DNA from: Chiloscyllium plagiosum
Lineage: Eukaryota
Reading direction: 5' to 3'
DNA: 63,496 bases
NCBI RefSeq assembly: GCF_004010195.1
Contig: NC_057718.1
Location: 81,149,666-81,213,161, forward strand
This document shows, one piece after another, positions 39,410 through 53,690 of the stretch. The position numbers were made by a program, and so were the translations under genes. The stretch's first letter is position 1, and each line of letters begins with the position of its first letter. The notes under the pieces were generated by a model. That model did no database searches, had not been told where the DNA came from, and worked only from the letters and a program-made list of their open reading frames with translations.

Positions 39410-42400
39410 TTCGGAGTCAGAGGATCAAACAGCATGGCAACAGACCCTTCTGTACAATCGGTTCATGTCAACCACAATCCCAAACTAAGCTAGTCCCACT
39501 TGCCTGTGCTTGGATCATGTTTCTCCAAATATTTCTTCATCATTAACATATCCAAATATCTTTTAAATGTTGTAACTTTATCCACATCCACCATTTCCTC
39601 CAGATGGTCATTCCATGAATGAACCACAGTTTTTTTTTCTTTAAATCTTTCTCTCCTCACCTTAAAAGATACCTCCATCCGAGGGAAAGGACACCCACCA
39701 TTCACTATATTTATATCCCTCATCATTTTCTAAACCTCGATAAAGTCACCTCTGAATCTGCCATGCTCCAGCTAAAAATGTCCCTGCCTCTCCTTATAAT
39801 TCAAATTCTCCATTTGTGACAATATCCACGTAAATCTTTTCTGAACTTAATGATTAGATTAGAATGCCTACAGTGTGGATGCAGGCCATTCGCCCATTTG
39901 AATCCCCACCCACCCTTCAAAGAGCATCCCATGCAGACCCAGACCGCTACCTTACCTCTGCACTTACCACGGCGAATCCACCTAACCTACACATCCATGG
40001 AAACTATGGACAATTTAGTATGGCCAATCCACCTTATCTGTTCATCTTTGGACAGTGGGAGGAAATCCATATAGACACTAGGAAAATGTGCAAACTCCAC
40101 ACAGTCTGCCTGTGGGTGACATCGATCCTGGGTCCCTGGCAGTGTAAGGCAGCAGTTCTAACCATTGAGCCATCGTGTTGCCCCAGTAACAGGGTGACCA
40201 GAACTAGACACAGTACTCCAGAAGAAGCCTCATTGACATCCTGTACAATCTCAACATGATGTCCCAAATCCAACACTCAAAGGTCTGAGCAATGAAGGCC
40301 TTCTTAATCACCCTGTATACATTTAACGTAGACTTCAAAGAATTATGTACCTGAGCCCCTCAGTCTCTGTATTCTACAACACTACCAAAGGCGGCACTTT
40401 TAATTGTATAAGTCCTACCCTTGTTTGTTTTATCAAAGTGCAATGCCTCACATTTATCCAAATTAAACTCCATCTGCCATTGACCCAATTGATCAAGATC
40501 TCTTTGTTATCTTAGATAACGTTCTTCACTGTCCACAATAACACCAATTTTAGTGTTATCCACAAACTTAAGAACCAGGCCTTCAGTATTCTAACCTAAA
40601 TCATTTACATAAATTATAAACAAAAGTAGACCCAGCATTAATCACTGTGGAACACCGCTGGTGATTGGTCTCCAGTCCGATAAACAGTGGTCCACTGTCA
40701 CTCCCTGTATCCTGCCATTAAGCTAATTTTGTATCCAATTGGCAAACTCACCTTGAATCCCATGTGATCTAACTTTACAGTATCATGTGCAACCTTGCCA
40801 AAGACTTTACTAAAATCCAAATAAACAATGTCCAGAGCTCTTTCCTCATCAATCTTCCTGGTTACTTCCTCAAAAAGCTCAATCAAGTTTTTGACTCACA
40901 ATTTCCCTTGCACAAAACCATGTTGATTATCTTTGATCATTCCTTGCCTCTCCAAATACATATGAATCCTCTCTCTCAGAATTGTCTCCAACAGCTTACC
41001 CACCCACCACTAAAGTGAGACTCATAGGTCTGTAGACCGAGAAACAGCAAAATCACAACATTAGTCACACCCAGTCATCCAACACCTAGTTATAGATGAT
41101 ACAAGTATTTCTTCAAGAGGTTCCCAATATTCCGTCCATCCCACAACGTCCTGAGATACACTTGATCTATCTTTGCTTTCTAAGACCTCTGGCACCACCT
41201 CTCCTGAAATGTGAACTGTTTTCAAAACATCAATATTTATTTCTCTGAGTTCTCTAGCCTCCATTCCCTTCTCCACAATAAAAACTGATGCAAAATATTA
41301 ATTTAATATCTCTCCCATCTCCTGAGGTTTGACACATAGACTACCTCACTGATTTATAAGAGGCCATATTCTCTCTAGCTAGCTGCTCCTTTGCTCTTAG
41401 GATTATCCTTAACTTTACCTGCTAAGACTATCTCATATCCCGTCTTTGCCTTCCTGATCTCTCTCTCAAGAACATGCTTTTGAACCCACTTGGCTATATC
41501 TAACACATGATTTTCTTATATTCTTGATAAGAAGCTCTATCTTTATTCATTCATTTGTTCTCTAATCCTACCAGCCTTACATTTCACTCTAATAGGAACA
41601 TAATGCCTCCGGATCCCTGTTATCAAACCCCTTATGAAAGCCTCCCACTTGTCAGACATCCCTTTACCTGCGAACAGTCTACTCTAATTAACTTTTGAAA
41701 ATTCTTGTCTCATGCTATTAAAATTTGTTATGCTCCAGTTAAGAACTTTAACTTTTATGGAAAGCTTCTCCTTTTCCATAATTATTTTCAAACAAATAAA
41801 ATTATGATCACTGGACCCAAAGTGTTCCCCTACTATTATTTCAGTCACTTTCCATGTCTTAATACCTAAGGTCAATGTTTGCTCCCTCTCGAAGGAATAT
41901 TGATATATTGATAAAGAAAATTTTATTTGAACACATTTAACAAATCCTTCACCATCTAAACCTTTAACACTATAGCAGTACCAGTCAGTGTTTGAAAAAT
42001 TAAAATCCCCTAGTATTATGACTTTTTTTATTCTTACATATATCTGAGATCTCTTTACATATTTGTTTGTAAATTTCCCTGTGACTGTTGAGGTATCTAT
42101 AGTACAATCCCATCAAAATGATCATTCCTTTCTTATTTCTAATTTCATCCCATATGTTTTCACTGGACAATTTTTCAAACATATCTGCTCTAGTTACAGC
42201 ATTAATGTTTTCCTTAATTAAAAATGCCACTCCCCTCCTGTTTTGCCTTCTTTCTATCCTTCCTCTCGCATCTGAAACCTAGAACATTGAGCTACCAGTC
42301 TTGTCCATCCTTCAGCCAAGTTTCTGTAATAGTTATGACATCTCAAATGCATGTTCCCAAACATGCCCTGAGTTCACCAGCCTTACCTGTAAGACTCCTT

Positions 42401-43300
42401 ACATTAAACTGCACTTATTTCAGAGTTACTTTGTTCTCTGACTTGCACTTGTCTGTCTTCGCTAATTAGCTTGTTCTTTTCAGATTCAAAAACATCCTCA
42501 TCTATCTTTCTACTTCCTCTGCTACTTAAGATCCTTCAACCTCCTTCTCTAATAGTTTCCAGTTTACCTTAACAGATTTAGCAAATACCCCCCCACCAGG
42601 ATATTGATCCCTTTGCAGCAGAGGTTAAAACTATCCTTTGAAAGGTCTTTTCTGCCCAAGAAACAATCCCCATGATCTAATAGCCTGAATCCCTGAACAT
42701 TACCCCTTCAGCCATTGGTTTATCTCCCCTATCCTTTTATCTCTTCCCTCATTCGAGATTTGCACCGGTAATAAACCAGAGATTACTGCTTTCAAGTTCC
42801 TGTTTTTAATCTTCTACCTAACCGCTTATATTCACTCTGTAAAGCCTTTTTTTTTTTTGCAAACTGTATCATTCCTACCAATGTGTACAGTAACTTGGTT
42901 CCTCATTCTCCCCTTCAATATGCTTCAAATGTTTTAAGACATCCTTAATCCTGACACCAGGAAAGCAACATACTATCCTAGATTCAGGCTTACGTTGTAG
43001 AATCTCCTGTCTATACCATTGACAGGAGAGTCCCCTATAATAATTATTCTTTTATTTAAAATGGATTTTGACAAAATTTAAGATACATTTTTCGAGCCCT
43101 AGGTCTGAATGCCTCGCCTATTTCTGTCTGAGAAACTATCCTTTTCAATAGTACTCAAAAACTGAGTATCTGTTTGAGAGAAGAATAGCCACAGGAGACT
43201 TCTGAACCACCTTCTTACATTTCCTGATAGTCACCCATCAATCTGACTGATCCTGCTGTGTAGTCACTTCTCTAAATCTACTAGTCGTCTAACACTGTCT
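39410..43300 (-). mobile_element. Long degenerate CR1 LINE (ORF1 esterase region, EN, RT, 3' UTR), interrupted by an HE1 SINE at 39853-40183
   Basis: IGDS (SGNH) near 43030; MAFLIKENI...GLYYR; GEHFGSSDHN; IVYLDFSKVFGKV. Confidence 0.85.
39853..40183 (-). mobile_element. HE1-type SINE
   Basis: Reverse-strand head and V-domain. Confidence 0.85.
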
Positions 43301-43999
43301 CCAGTTACATCAGCAAATTCAATTGTTCTAATGAAGTTAAGTAAGTAATTACTCAGAAAAGGTTGCACCATTCAACTGACCCTGTATTTATCTCTCATCC
43401 CCAACTACACCTCTCCAAAATGATTTACACCCACTTCCTAGGCAAATGCTCTGACTATTGCTCCAAACGTTTTCTGCCTCCACCCCTGCCACATTTCAGG
43501 GCACACCCCGCATCTGGACCTGATTTGCCTCTGCCACCCATCCTTCACCCCCACCAGACCTGATATCTCCCATCCACCCTGATCAATCCTAAATACTGTA
43601 TCACTTATCTGGTCCCTTGCTATATCGCTATTGACAACTTACTCCATCCCCTTCTCTACCCTCTTAATCATGGGGCACACTATCCACTTGGTGTCCTATT
43701 CACTTGGCACCCAACCACCCTAACCCATCTGGCAACATGCCCTCTCAGCTCCCTGTTTACCATTTGACAGCAGCTGTCAAAGGTGGCTCTTTGTGGTTCT
43801 AGACATTTAAATTTGAGAATATAGCAGCTTATTTCTGTGAAAAAGGCTTGTGGTTTTTATTACCCCAATGTTTCTGCATTGTGAGAGAACTGTCAGAATG
43901 GAAGTGTGGCTCTGCAATTCTGAAGGAACCCTGATTTGTATCTCCTGTCAGAAATGTGGAGCTCTCTTGTTTTGTGAAAAAGAAGGGGAAAAGAGGAGT

Positions 44000-46900
44000 T
44001 AGTGAAGGTAGGAAGAGGAAGATAGAGTAGATGGCTAAGGAGCGGGGAGCTGAGGGGAGAAGAATTCAAATTTTTGAATCATTAGAAACTTCTGAGATAT
44101 AAGTGATCTGTATAAGAGGGATAGATTGCACCTGAATTGGAAGGAGACTAATGTACTGGTGGGGAAATTTGCTGGAGCTGTTTTGGAGGATTTGAACTAG
44201 AAAAGGGGGATGGAGGGGTGGAACCCAGGGAGACAGTGAGAAAAGAGATCAGTGTCTGAGACTGATGTAGTCTGGAGAGGTAGCGAGTCACACAGTCAGG
44301 GGAGGCAGGAACAAACTATAGGACAAAGTAGGACTGATAAATTAAAATTTCAATGCAAGAGCTAAACAGGTAAGGCAGATTAACTCCGGGTATAGTTGGG
44401 AACAAGGGACTGGAATATCATAGTGATTAGAGACATGGCTCAGGAATGGACAGGACTGGCCGCTTAATGTTCCAGGTTATAGAAGCGATAGGAAGGATAG
44501 AAAGGGGAGCAAGAGAGGAGTGGAAGTGGCATTTTTGATTAGGGATAACATTACAACTGTATTTAGGAAGGATATTCATGGGAATATGTCCAGGGAAATT
44601 ATTTGGGTGGAACTGAGAAATAAGAAGGGGATGATCACCTTATTGGAATTGTACTATAGACCCTCCCCAATAGTCAGTGGGAAATTGAGAAACAGATGTT
44701 TAAGGAGATCTCAGCTGTCTGTGAGAATTATAGGTTAGTTATGGTATGGGATTTTAAATTTACAAACATAGACTGGGACTGCCATAGTGTTAAGGGCTTA
44801 GATGAAGAGGAATTTGTTAAATGTGTTTAAGAAAAAATTCTGATTTAGTAAGTGCAAAGCTTGACCTACTGTCAAGAAATAAGACAGGGCAAGTGATTGA
44901 TGTAGCAGTGGGGGAACACTTTGGGGCCAGTGAACATAATTCTATCAGTTTTAAAATAGTAATGGAAAAGGATAGAAAGGATATAAAAGTTAAAGTTCTA
45001 AATTGGAGCAAGGCCAATTTTGACGGTATGAGGCAAAAACTTTCAAAAGTTGATTGGGGGTAGATGTTTGCTGGTAAAGCGATGGCTGGAAGGTGGGAAG
45101 CCGTCAAAAATGAGATAAGGACAATCTATAGACAGTATGTTCCTGGTACTGTGAAGGGCAAGGCTCGTTGGTGTAGGGAATGCTGGATGACAAGAGAAAT
45201 TAAGGTTTTGGTCAAGAATAAGAAGGAGCATATGTCAGGTATGGACAGCAGAGATCGGGTGAATCCCTAGAAGAATGTAAAGGAATATATTCAAGAGGGA
45301 AATCAGGGAGGCAAAAAAGGAGACATGAATAGCTTTGGCAAATAGAGTTAAGGAGAATCCAAAGGGATTCTACAAATACATTAAGGACAAAAGAGTAACA
45401 AAGGAGGGAGTAAGGATCCTTAAAGATCAGCAAGGCCACTTGTGTGTAGAACTGCAGGAGATGGGGGCGATACCAAATGAGTAGTTTGCATCAGTGTTGA
45501 CTGTGGAGAAGGATATAGAAGATGGAGAATGTGGGGAAATAAATAACAAGTCTTGAAAAATGTCCATATTAGAGAGGTGGTGATGCTGGATGTCTTAAAA
45601 TGAATAAAAGTGGATAAATCCCCAGGACCTGATCAAGTGTACTTTAGCACTCTGTGGGAAGCTACGTAGGTGATAATTGGGCCTCTTGCTGAGATATTTG
45701 TATCATCGATAACCACAGGTGAGGTGCTGGAAGACTGGAAATTGGCTAACGTAGTGCCACTATTTAGGGAAAATGGTAAGGAAAAGCCAAGAAACTGTAG
45801 ACCAGTGAGCCTGAAATCAGTGGTGGACAAGTTGTCGAAGAGAATCCTACGGCACAGGATTTACATGTACTTGGAAAGGCAAGGATTGATTAGGGAGAGT
45901 CAACATGGCTTTGTGCATGGGAAATCATGTCTCAGTAACTTGATTGAGTCTTTTGAAGAAGTAACGAAATGGATGAGGGCAGAGCAGTGGACATGATCTA
46001 TATGGACTTCAGTAAGGTGATCGATGAGGTTCCTCATGATAGACTGCTAAGCAAGGTTAGATCATGTGGAATACAAGGAGAACTATCCATTAGGGTACAG
46101 AGCTGGCCCGAATGTAGAAGACTGAGGGTGGTGGAGGTTTGCTTTTTAGATTGAAGGCCTTTGACCAGTGGCGTGCCACAAGGATCGGTGCTGGGTCCAC
46201 TACTTTTAGTTATTTTTATAAATAATTTGGATGTGAACATAGGAGGTATGATTAGTAAGTTTGCAAATGGCACCAAAATTGGAGGTGTAGAGGACAGCCA
46301 GGAAAGTTACTTCAGAGTACAGTGGGACCTTGATCAGATGGGCCAATGGACTGAGGAGTGGCATACAGCATTCAGTTTAGATGAATGTGAGGTGCTGCAT
46401 TTTGGAATGGCAAATCAGGACAGGACTTGTATACTTAAGAAACACTCCCCAGGACCTTATCATTAACAAAAAGACCTGGAGTGTAGGTTCATAGTTCCTT
46501 GAAAGTGGAGTTGCAGGTAGATAGGATCGTTAAGAAGGCATTTGGTATGCTTTCCATTATTGGTCAGTACATTGAGTCTATGAGTTGGGAGGTCATGTTG
46601 TGGCTGTTCAGAACATTGGTTTGCCCACTTTTGGTATACTGTATTCAATTCTGCTGCCCCACTATAGGAAGGATATTGCAGAATTTGAAAAGGTTTAGAA
46701 AAGATTTACAAGGATGTTGCTAGGGTTGGAGGATTTGAGCTGTTGGGAGAGTCTGAGGAGGCTGGGGCTATTTTCCTTGCATTGTCAGAGGCAGAGGGGT
46801 GAAATTAGAGGTTTATAAAATCATGAGGAGCATGAATAGAGTAAATAGACAAGGTCTCTTTCTCAGAGTAGGGGAGTCTAAAGCGAAAGAGCAGGGTTTA

Positions 46901-47170
46901 AGCTGAGAGGGAAAGATTTAACAAGGACCTATGGGGCAATTTTTTCAAGCAGAGGGTGGTGCATGTATGGAATGAGCTGCCAGACAAAGTGGTGAAGGCT
47001 GGTACAATTACAACATTTAAAAGGCATCTGGGTGGGTTATTGAATAAGAGGAGTTTAGAGGGATGTGGTCCAAATACTGGCAAATGAGATTGGATTAATT
47101 TAGAATACCTGGTCAACTTGAATGGGTTGGACTAAAGGGTCTGCTTACATGCTGCACGGCTCTATGACTC
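44000..47170 (+). mobile_element. CR1 LINE: ORF1 end plus nearly complete degenerate ORF2 and 3' UTR
   Basis: LHLNW (esterase end), IWVELRNKKG..YYRP, GEHFGASEHN, WKLANVVPLF, SGVPQGSVLGP, SKFANGTK. Confidence 0.92.
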
Positions 47171-49471
47171 TCACATTCTATGTGGTTTGTCTGAGATTGC
47201 CTGTAATTGGAAAATCCAGCCATTACCATTAAAGTTTTTATTTTCCTTTTGAACATGGCAGCAGAAACAGATGTGTTTTGGGACTGTGCTTTGATGCAAA
47301 TAATAAATTGGATAGTGTGCTTGACACTGCATTAGAGATCTATTTCATTATCTCTGCTGGTTGTTTCAGTAATATGGTCTGAGATTTGATTAATGCAGGA
47401 TTTGAAATAGGCCAAGGATGAAGTCTTGGTTTACAGTACCCAGCACAAAGCTTTTCTGGGTGAGATGAGATGAAGTGATGCTGAGTGGCAATCTGATTTG
47501 AAACCGATTAGTAAGAAAAGAAAGACGCGGTCTTGATATTCATAGGAAGTTGATGCATGAGCAGAAGCAACAAGAGTCATGTGTGGAAGAGTGCTGAACT
47601 TTTAAAGTAAACTTTTATTGTCGTTCTGTCAAGTTGGATATTGTATTTCTTCAATTAAACCTGAAAGCTCACTCGGGCTGCAAATTTGACCGTCGGATAG
47701 GTTTGCTTTGTTCTTTTGCATTGTATCAGTGTAATTTCAAAAAAGAGGACTTGAACTATTTGACTGATGAAGACAATCCTGTATGCACCATAATTAAAGT
47801 ACATTGTTTGGAAGATGAAATATTTACATTTTTCATGCATTTCTGACAAGCAATCAAATCAGCACTGGTTATGTAGGCTCTATTCTGTTCAGTGCTCTAT
47901 TCTAGCACAGAGAAAAAAACAACAATTGACTCATAATTTGCTGCCTTGGTGTGAACATTGTGCCTCTTGTATCTCAAAACAAACACAGTTCTTGGAGACT
48001 TGCTTGTGGAACCAAGAACTGTAATTGTTGTTATTGAAATATTTGAATGATATGGCAGGTAATATTTACTATAGTTGACAATAGTATTCCTAACAGTATA
48101 CAATATGTGAAGAACTTGATGTTAGGATTTAGTGGTAATTATGCCAACAACAGAACCTAACAGCAGAACCAAGTATGCCCAAGACAGAAGTGGCGCAAGT
48201 GAAGTGTGCGAAATTATTGCTTTGCTTGAAGTTCTATGTTTTGAAGATTAATTTTCCTATTTTCCAAACTTTGTCATCATATTGGCAATTGATTAATACT
48301 TTTGTGTGATGAAGCTGTTTCTTGAACTTTCACTTGCTCAATACTACTTACATTTCTTGCCTTTCCCAGTTCTGACGAAAGGTCTGACCTTGAGCATTAA
48401 CTTTGTTTTTCACTTCACAACCAGATGCTCAGGATTATGGACACTTTTACAGACTTAAAATATTTGGCGTATTTTGCATTAATGTTTCATTCACTTCCAT
48501 TTCTTTCCCTGAAATGCCAACCTCAAACAAGTTATGCTCTTCTCTGTAAAATGATTTTTATTTGACACTTATAATTTGTTCATCCTTGTGGTTTACTATT
48601 TCCATTTACATGTTTACTATGCTTTCTACCAAAACCACTTTCATTGTTATTATAATGGTTCTGAAAAGGTTCGTGAACTTTGAGATCCTACAGTCTGCTT
48701 AACAAAGGGGTCAGACCTGTTAGCATAGGTATCCTTTAGTCTCAGTAACAATGTCTGCTTTACTATTGTCAGTAACTTGTACCTGATTGCGAGCATGCAA
48801 TTAATTAATCTTGTTTAATACAAGGAGCCTCATCTCTTTAGACTACTTTGAAATTTTTCTCAACCATGCTACATGCAGCAGACTCTGTTTCATCAAACTT
48901 AAAAGGAGAATGGTGACAGCAAATCACATGTCCAGCTAGCTCAGATAGTATGATGCTAGTGGTGGTCATATGAGGACTTAATTATCTTCAACATTACAAT
49001 ATGGGAAGCAATATGTGGATTGAAATTCAATTTGGCTGTACAAAATGAGCTCCAGCAATCCCAGAAGAAATTTCAGGTTACAGTTTTAAGAGATAAACTA
49101 GTGAAGACAGTCAGCAAGAGGAGCTACACAAATGGCCTGCAGCAGACAAACTTGATTCAAAAGACAGAATCTGCAGTCAAAGATACAAACATTTCATTGT
49201 CTGGCAAGAGAAGCTCAGAAAGAAGTGTAAGTTGTTTGCTGCATAGTGCTGGAATGTGCCAGTATCTGTGGGAGTAGTCCAAAGTCTGAATTCAAACTGT
49301 GAACGAACAGATGTCGGATTCATGAGTTAAGTATAAATCTCTTATGAGAAAGGGATTTTTTTTTTTGAAATTATGCAAATTCACAGACCGAAAAAGCTCA
49401 TTGTAAAAAAAATATCAACAACTCAGCAAACAATCCCACCAATGTTAGTGAACACTACAAAACTTTGCTGT

Positions 49472-49832
49472 AGGAGAAAGTGAAGATTGCAGATGCTGGA
49501 GAGTCAGAGTCAGAAAGTGTGGCACTGGAAAAGCACAGCAGGTCAGGCAGCATCCAGGGAGCAGGAGGGTCAACATTTCGGGCATGAGCTCTTCATCACG
49601 AATGTGGAGGGGGAAGGGGGCTGAGAGATAAATGGGAGGGGGGCTGGGAAGGCATAGGTGGGTGCAAGTTGGGGTAATTGTGATAGGTCAGTGGGGACGG
49701 TAGAGCGGATGGGTGGGAAGGAAGATGGACGGGTCAAGAGGGCGGTGCCCAATTGGAGGGTTGGATCTGGGATAAGCTGAGGGGAGGGGAGATTTGGAAA
49801 CTACTGAAGTCGATGTTGATGCCATGTGGTTG
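49472..49832 (-). mobile_element. Penelope-like element 3' end
   Basis: Minus QPHGINIDFSSF (GIY-YIG ORF C-terminus) followed by the terminal repeat. Confidence 0.85.
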
Positions 49833-50259
49833 CTATATTAGGGGAAATCAAGACCATAGAAGGAATTCAAATGGAATCTCTCAAAACCTGAACAAAAGCA
49901 ATAAAGGGGAATTTTAAAAGCTTGAACAGATGGAGATTAATAGAAGTAGAAACAAGACCAGTCAGGCCACAATAAGAGGAGAGGAAATCTATGATTGAAG
50001 CTGCAGTTAAGATGGGAAGAATTTATTAAGTCTGTAGAAACAGGATTCATTCAGAGAAGCCATGAAAGTGAGCAGGAAGCTTTATTAAAATGATGTAGCA
50101 ACAGACATTATTAAAAGCGCTGTGCGGTATGAACTATCTAGAGGAAGCTGTTAAACAAATGAGATTAGTCTTTACATATACAGAGAGCAGGAGTCATTTG
50201 GTAGAGTTGTAAAAATGATTGGGAATTGTTTATTATTCTGCAAAAGGTACACAGGCAGG

Positions 50260-50515
50260 TGTCTAGAAGAACACAGCAAGCCAGACAGCATCAGGAGATG
50301 GAGAAGTGCATGCTTCGGTTGTAACCCTTCTTCAGGACTGAGGGTGGGTGAGGGCCGAGCTGCAGGTAAAGGGGTGGCTGGGGCAGAATGGTGAAGTGGG
50401 GATAGGTGAAGACAGGAAGAAGGTATGACCTGGTTGGTCAATGGGAGAAATGAATCCAGTTGGTGGAAGGTGGGGGGAGTGGCTGGGAAAGGAGTCGGGG
50501 GATGGGGAGAGAGAT
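50260..50515 (-). mobile_element. Penelope-like terminal repeat fragment
   Basis: acacagcaagccagacagcatc...cccttcttcagga motif. Confidence 0.7.
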
Positions 50516-50779
50516 CATCCAATTTGTTCACAAAAATGTGGGAAATCTACATTTTGGCAGCTGAAGGTGGGGAACCTATACATTGGCTACAGAAGCATGG
50601 GAAAACCATCCAGTAAACAGTGTAGGGAAGCAGTATTACCATACTGTATAGTCAAAAGGGCTTAAAGAGAATATACAAAAGACAATTATTTCAGGCACAG
50701 ATAATAAAGCAGCATTAATATACTGCAAAATTAAATGTCTCTAAAATAATGAGTGTAAAGAAGCATTGTGATACTTTAG

Positions 50780-51330
50780 AATTGGAAAGCTTTAAAGTAA
50801 CAACAAGAAAAATCACATTAGGAATGAATGGGAACAAATAAAATTGCTAGGAAAATTTCATTTGGAGTTGGACCACAGAGAACATGGAATATTACATCTT
50901 GGAGAAAATATTTCTTAAAATATAGAATTGATTCCAGACTAGATAATTCATCATAAGCTGAATAAGAAAATACACTAGTAATCGATTGTGACTATAGTTG
51001 AAGTTATAGCTCACCAAGAAGTAAAAGTTGACACAGACTCTTTGAAGTTCCACAAACACTTGACAATTATTTTAATTGTTGAACAAATAAAATTCGTGAA
51101 AGAGCAAAATTTAACACTCAAGTTCAGCATCCAGCAGAATACACAGATTTTATTAGTGATTTCGACAGGTTTGTGAAACGATGTGACTATGGAGCTTCAA
51201 AATCAGAATTCAGAAGAAATTTGTTATTGGAGTTACTGATGAAAGTTTAACAGATTTATTACAGTTCAAAGAAAATTTGACTTTGGAGAAAACCATTCAG
51301 ATGGTGAATGAAGCAGAAATTTGGAAGCTG
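50780..51330 (+). mobile_element. Gypsy-like gag remnant (second family)
   Basis: LDNYF...NKIRERAKFNTQVQ...RCDYG...FVIGVTDESLTDLLQFKENLTLEKTIQM. Confidence 0.7.
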
Positions 51331-51489
51331 GACATCAGTCTTATCGCAGAAGATCTGCAGAATCCATTGACCTCTTAGTGTATAAACACAGTGAAGTCAC
51401 AGATAAGAAATCAGTACAGAAAGTTGGTCAAGCTGCAGTCACTAAGAATCAATATCTTTGTGAGGCAAGGAAACCTCAGATAAAGTCAT

Positions 51490-51975
51490 ACCAAGCTATT
51501 AAAAAGAATGCTCCATTGGTCCTTCAGAGGATGAGAAGGGGAATTTAATAATGGAAAATGAAGAAATGTCCATGGCATTGAACAAGTATTTTGTGTTGGT
51601 CTTCACAAATAACATGCCAGTAATTGATGAGAAGGAGGCATTGGCAGGTGAGGACCTAGAAATGATCATGATTAAATAGGTTGTGTTGGGCAAACTAATG
51701 GGGCTAAGGTAGACTAATCTCCTGGCCCTGATGGAATGCATCCTAGGGTATGAAGAAATGGTGAGGGAAATAGCAAACGTGCTTATGATAACTTCGCAAA
51801 ATTTACTGGACTGCGCAGGTTGGAATACAGCAGATGGATAGGTACCTGGGACTTCAATGTTGTAGCCATTTCGGAGACATGGATAGAGCAGGGTCAGGAA
51901 TGGATGTTGCAGGTTCCAGGGTTTAGATCTTTCATTAAGAACAGGGAAGGCAGTAAAAGAGGAGGAGGTGTGGCC
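51490..51975 (+). mobile_element. Two juxtaposed CR1 ORF2 fragments (linker region; EN N-terminus)
   Basis: SPGPDGMHPRV; WDFNVVAISETW...KRGGGVA. Confidence 0.8.
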
Positions 51976-52570
51976 ATGCACTGCGTGCGGTTCTCTTTTC
52001 GTCCCCTGACTATAACCCATCTACCTTCTTCTTTTACCTGAGGTGTGACTACCTCCCTGTATCTCCTCTCAGCAACCCCCTCTGCCTCCTGAATGATCCG
52101 AATTTCTCCAACTCCAGCTCCAGTTCCCTAATGTGGTTTTCGAGGAGCTGGAGTTGGGTGCACTTCCCACAGATGCAGTCAGCAGGGACATTACTGGTGA
52201 CCCTGATCTCCCACGATCTGCAGGCGGAACATTCACCTGCCCTAACGTCCATTCCCACTATTCTAAATTCCCAACGAGACTACTGAAAAACCTTTTTTAA
52301 AAAAACACAAAGAAGCCAGTCACCTTACCAAGTGGAGCACAGAACCTTTTTTTGTTTAGAGAAGGACGACGGGTGGGAGACACTACTAGAGTATGTTTCG
52401 GGTAAGGCAACCACCCAAATATAAAGCCTCACTTACCCAGCAGTCCTGTGTCTGCTCCTGCTCGGTGTGCACTCTGCCATACATGAGGTAACCTTTTATA
52501 TCTTTTAAAATTTACCTTCCCATTGGGCCTCTGGTCCTCGCTCCTCCCACTCCAACTGCCACCCAATAAA
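51976..52570 (-). mobile_element. CR1 5' region: putative 5' UTR and ORF1 N-terminal zinc finger plus coiled coil
   Basis: ORF 52049-52258 CSACRSWE...CICGKCTQLQLLENHIRELELEL. Confidence 0.75.
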
Positions 52571-52579
52571 AAGTGAAGT

Positions 52580-53690
52580 GACGTGGTAGGCTACTCTAGA
52601 ATCCAGGGCAAGCTAGCAGATTGGATATACAATCGGCTTGATATTAGGAAGCAGAGGGTAATAGTGGAAGGATACCTGTTGAAGTGGAGGCCTGTGACTA
52701 GTGGTATGCTGCAGGGGTCGGTGCTGGGCCCATTGCTGGCTGTTATCTGTATCAATGATTTGGATGAGAATGTATAAGGCACGATTAGTAAATTTGCAGA
52801 TGATGCTAAAATAGGCGGTATCATAGACCAGTGAGGAAGATTGTCAGAAATTGCAGCAGGACTTTGATGAACTGGGAAAGTGGGCCAAGAAATAGCAAAT
52901 AGAGTTTAATGTAGATAAGTGGAACGTTTTGCATTTTGGAAAGTCGAATCAAGGTGGGAGTTTCATGGTGAATGGTAGGGCCTTAAGGAGTTTAGTTGAA
53001 CAGAGGGATCTTGGAGTTCAGGTGTGTGGTTCTCTGAACGTGGAGTCACAGGTAGACAGGGCAGTGAAGAAGGCTTTTGGTACACTGGCCTTCATCTGTC
53101 ATGGCATTGAGAATAGAAGTTGGGAAGTTATGTTGCAGCTGTACAGGACTTTGGTGAGGCCGCACTTGGAGTGTTGGGTTCAGTTTTAGTCACCTTGCTA
53201 TAGGAAGGACGTTATTAAACTGGAAAGAGTGCAGAAGAAATTTATGGGAATGTTGCCAGGACTCAATGGTGTGAGTTATCGGGAGAGGTTGGACAAGTTG
53301 GAATTTTTTCTTTACAACTTCAGAGTCTGAGGGGGATCTTTATAGATGTGTATAAGATTGTGAGAAGCTTGGACAGGGTGAATGCATTCAGTCTATTTCC
53401 TACGGTTGTGGAATTAAGGACTAGAGGGAATTAGTTCAAGGTTAGAGGTGAAAGAGTAAAAGGGAACCTGAGGAGTTAGTTCTTTACACAGGGTGATAAG
53501 CATATGGAATGAGCTGCCAGCAGAAGTGATTGAGACGTACATTAACAATATATAAAAGGCATTTGGACAAATACATGTAGAAGATGTTTAGAAAGATATG
53601 GGCCAAGTACAGTGAAATGGGTTAACATGGATGGATATTTTGGTTGGCATGGACCAATTTGTACCGAAGGGCCTGTCTCCATGCTGTCAC
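52580..53690 (+). mobile_element. CR1 LINE RT plus 3' UTR
   Basis: WRPVTSGMLQGSVLGP, SKFADD, LYRTLVRPHLE. Confidence 0.9.
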
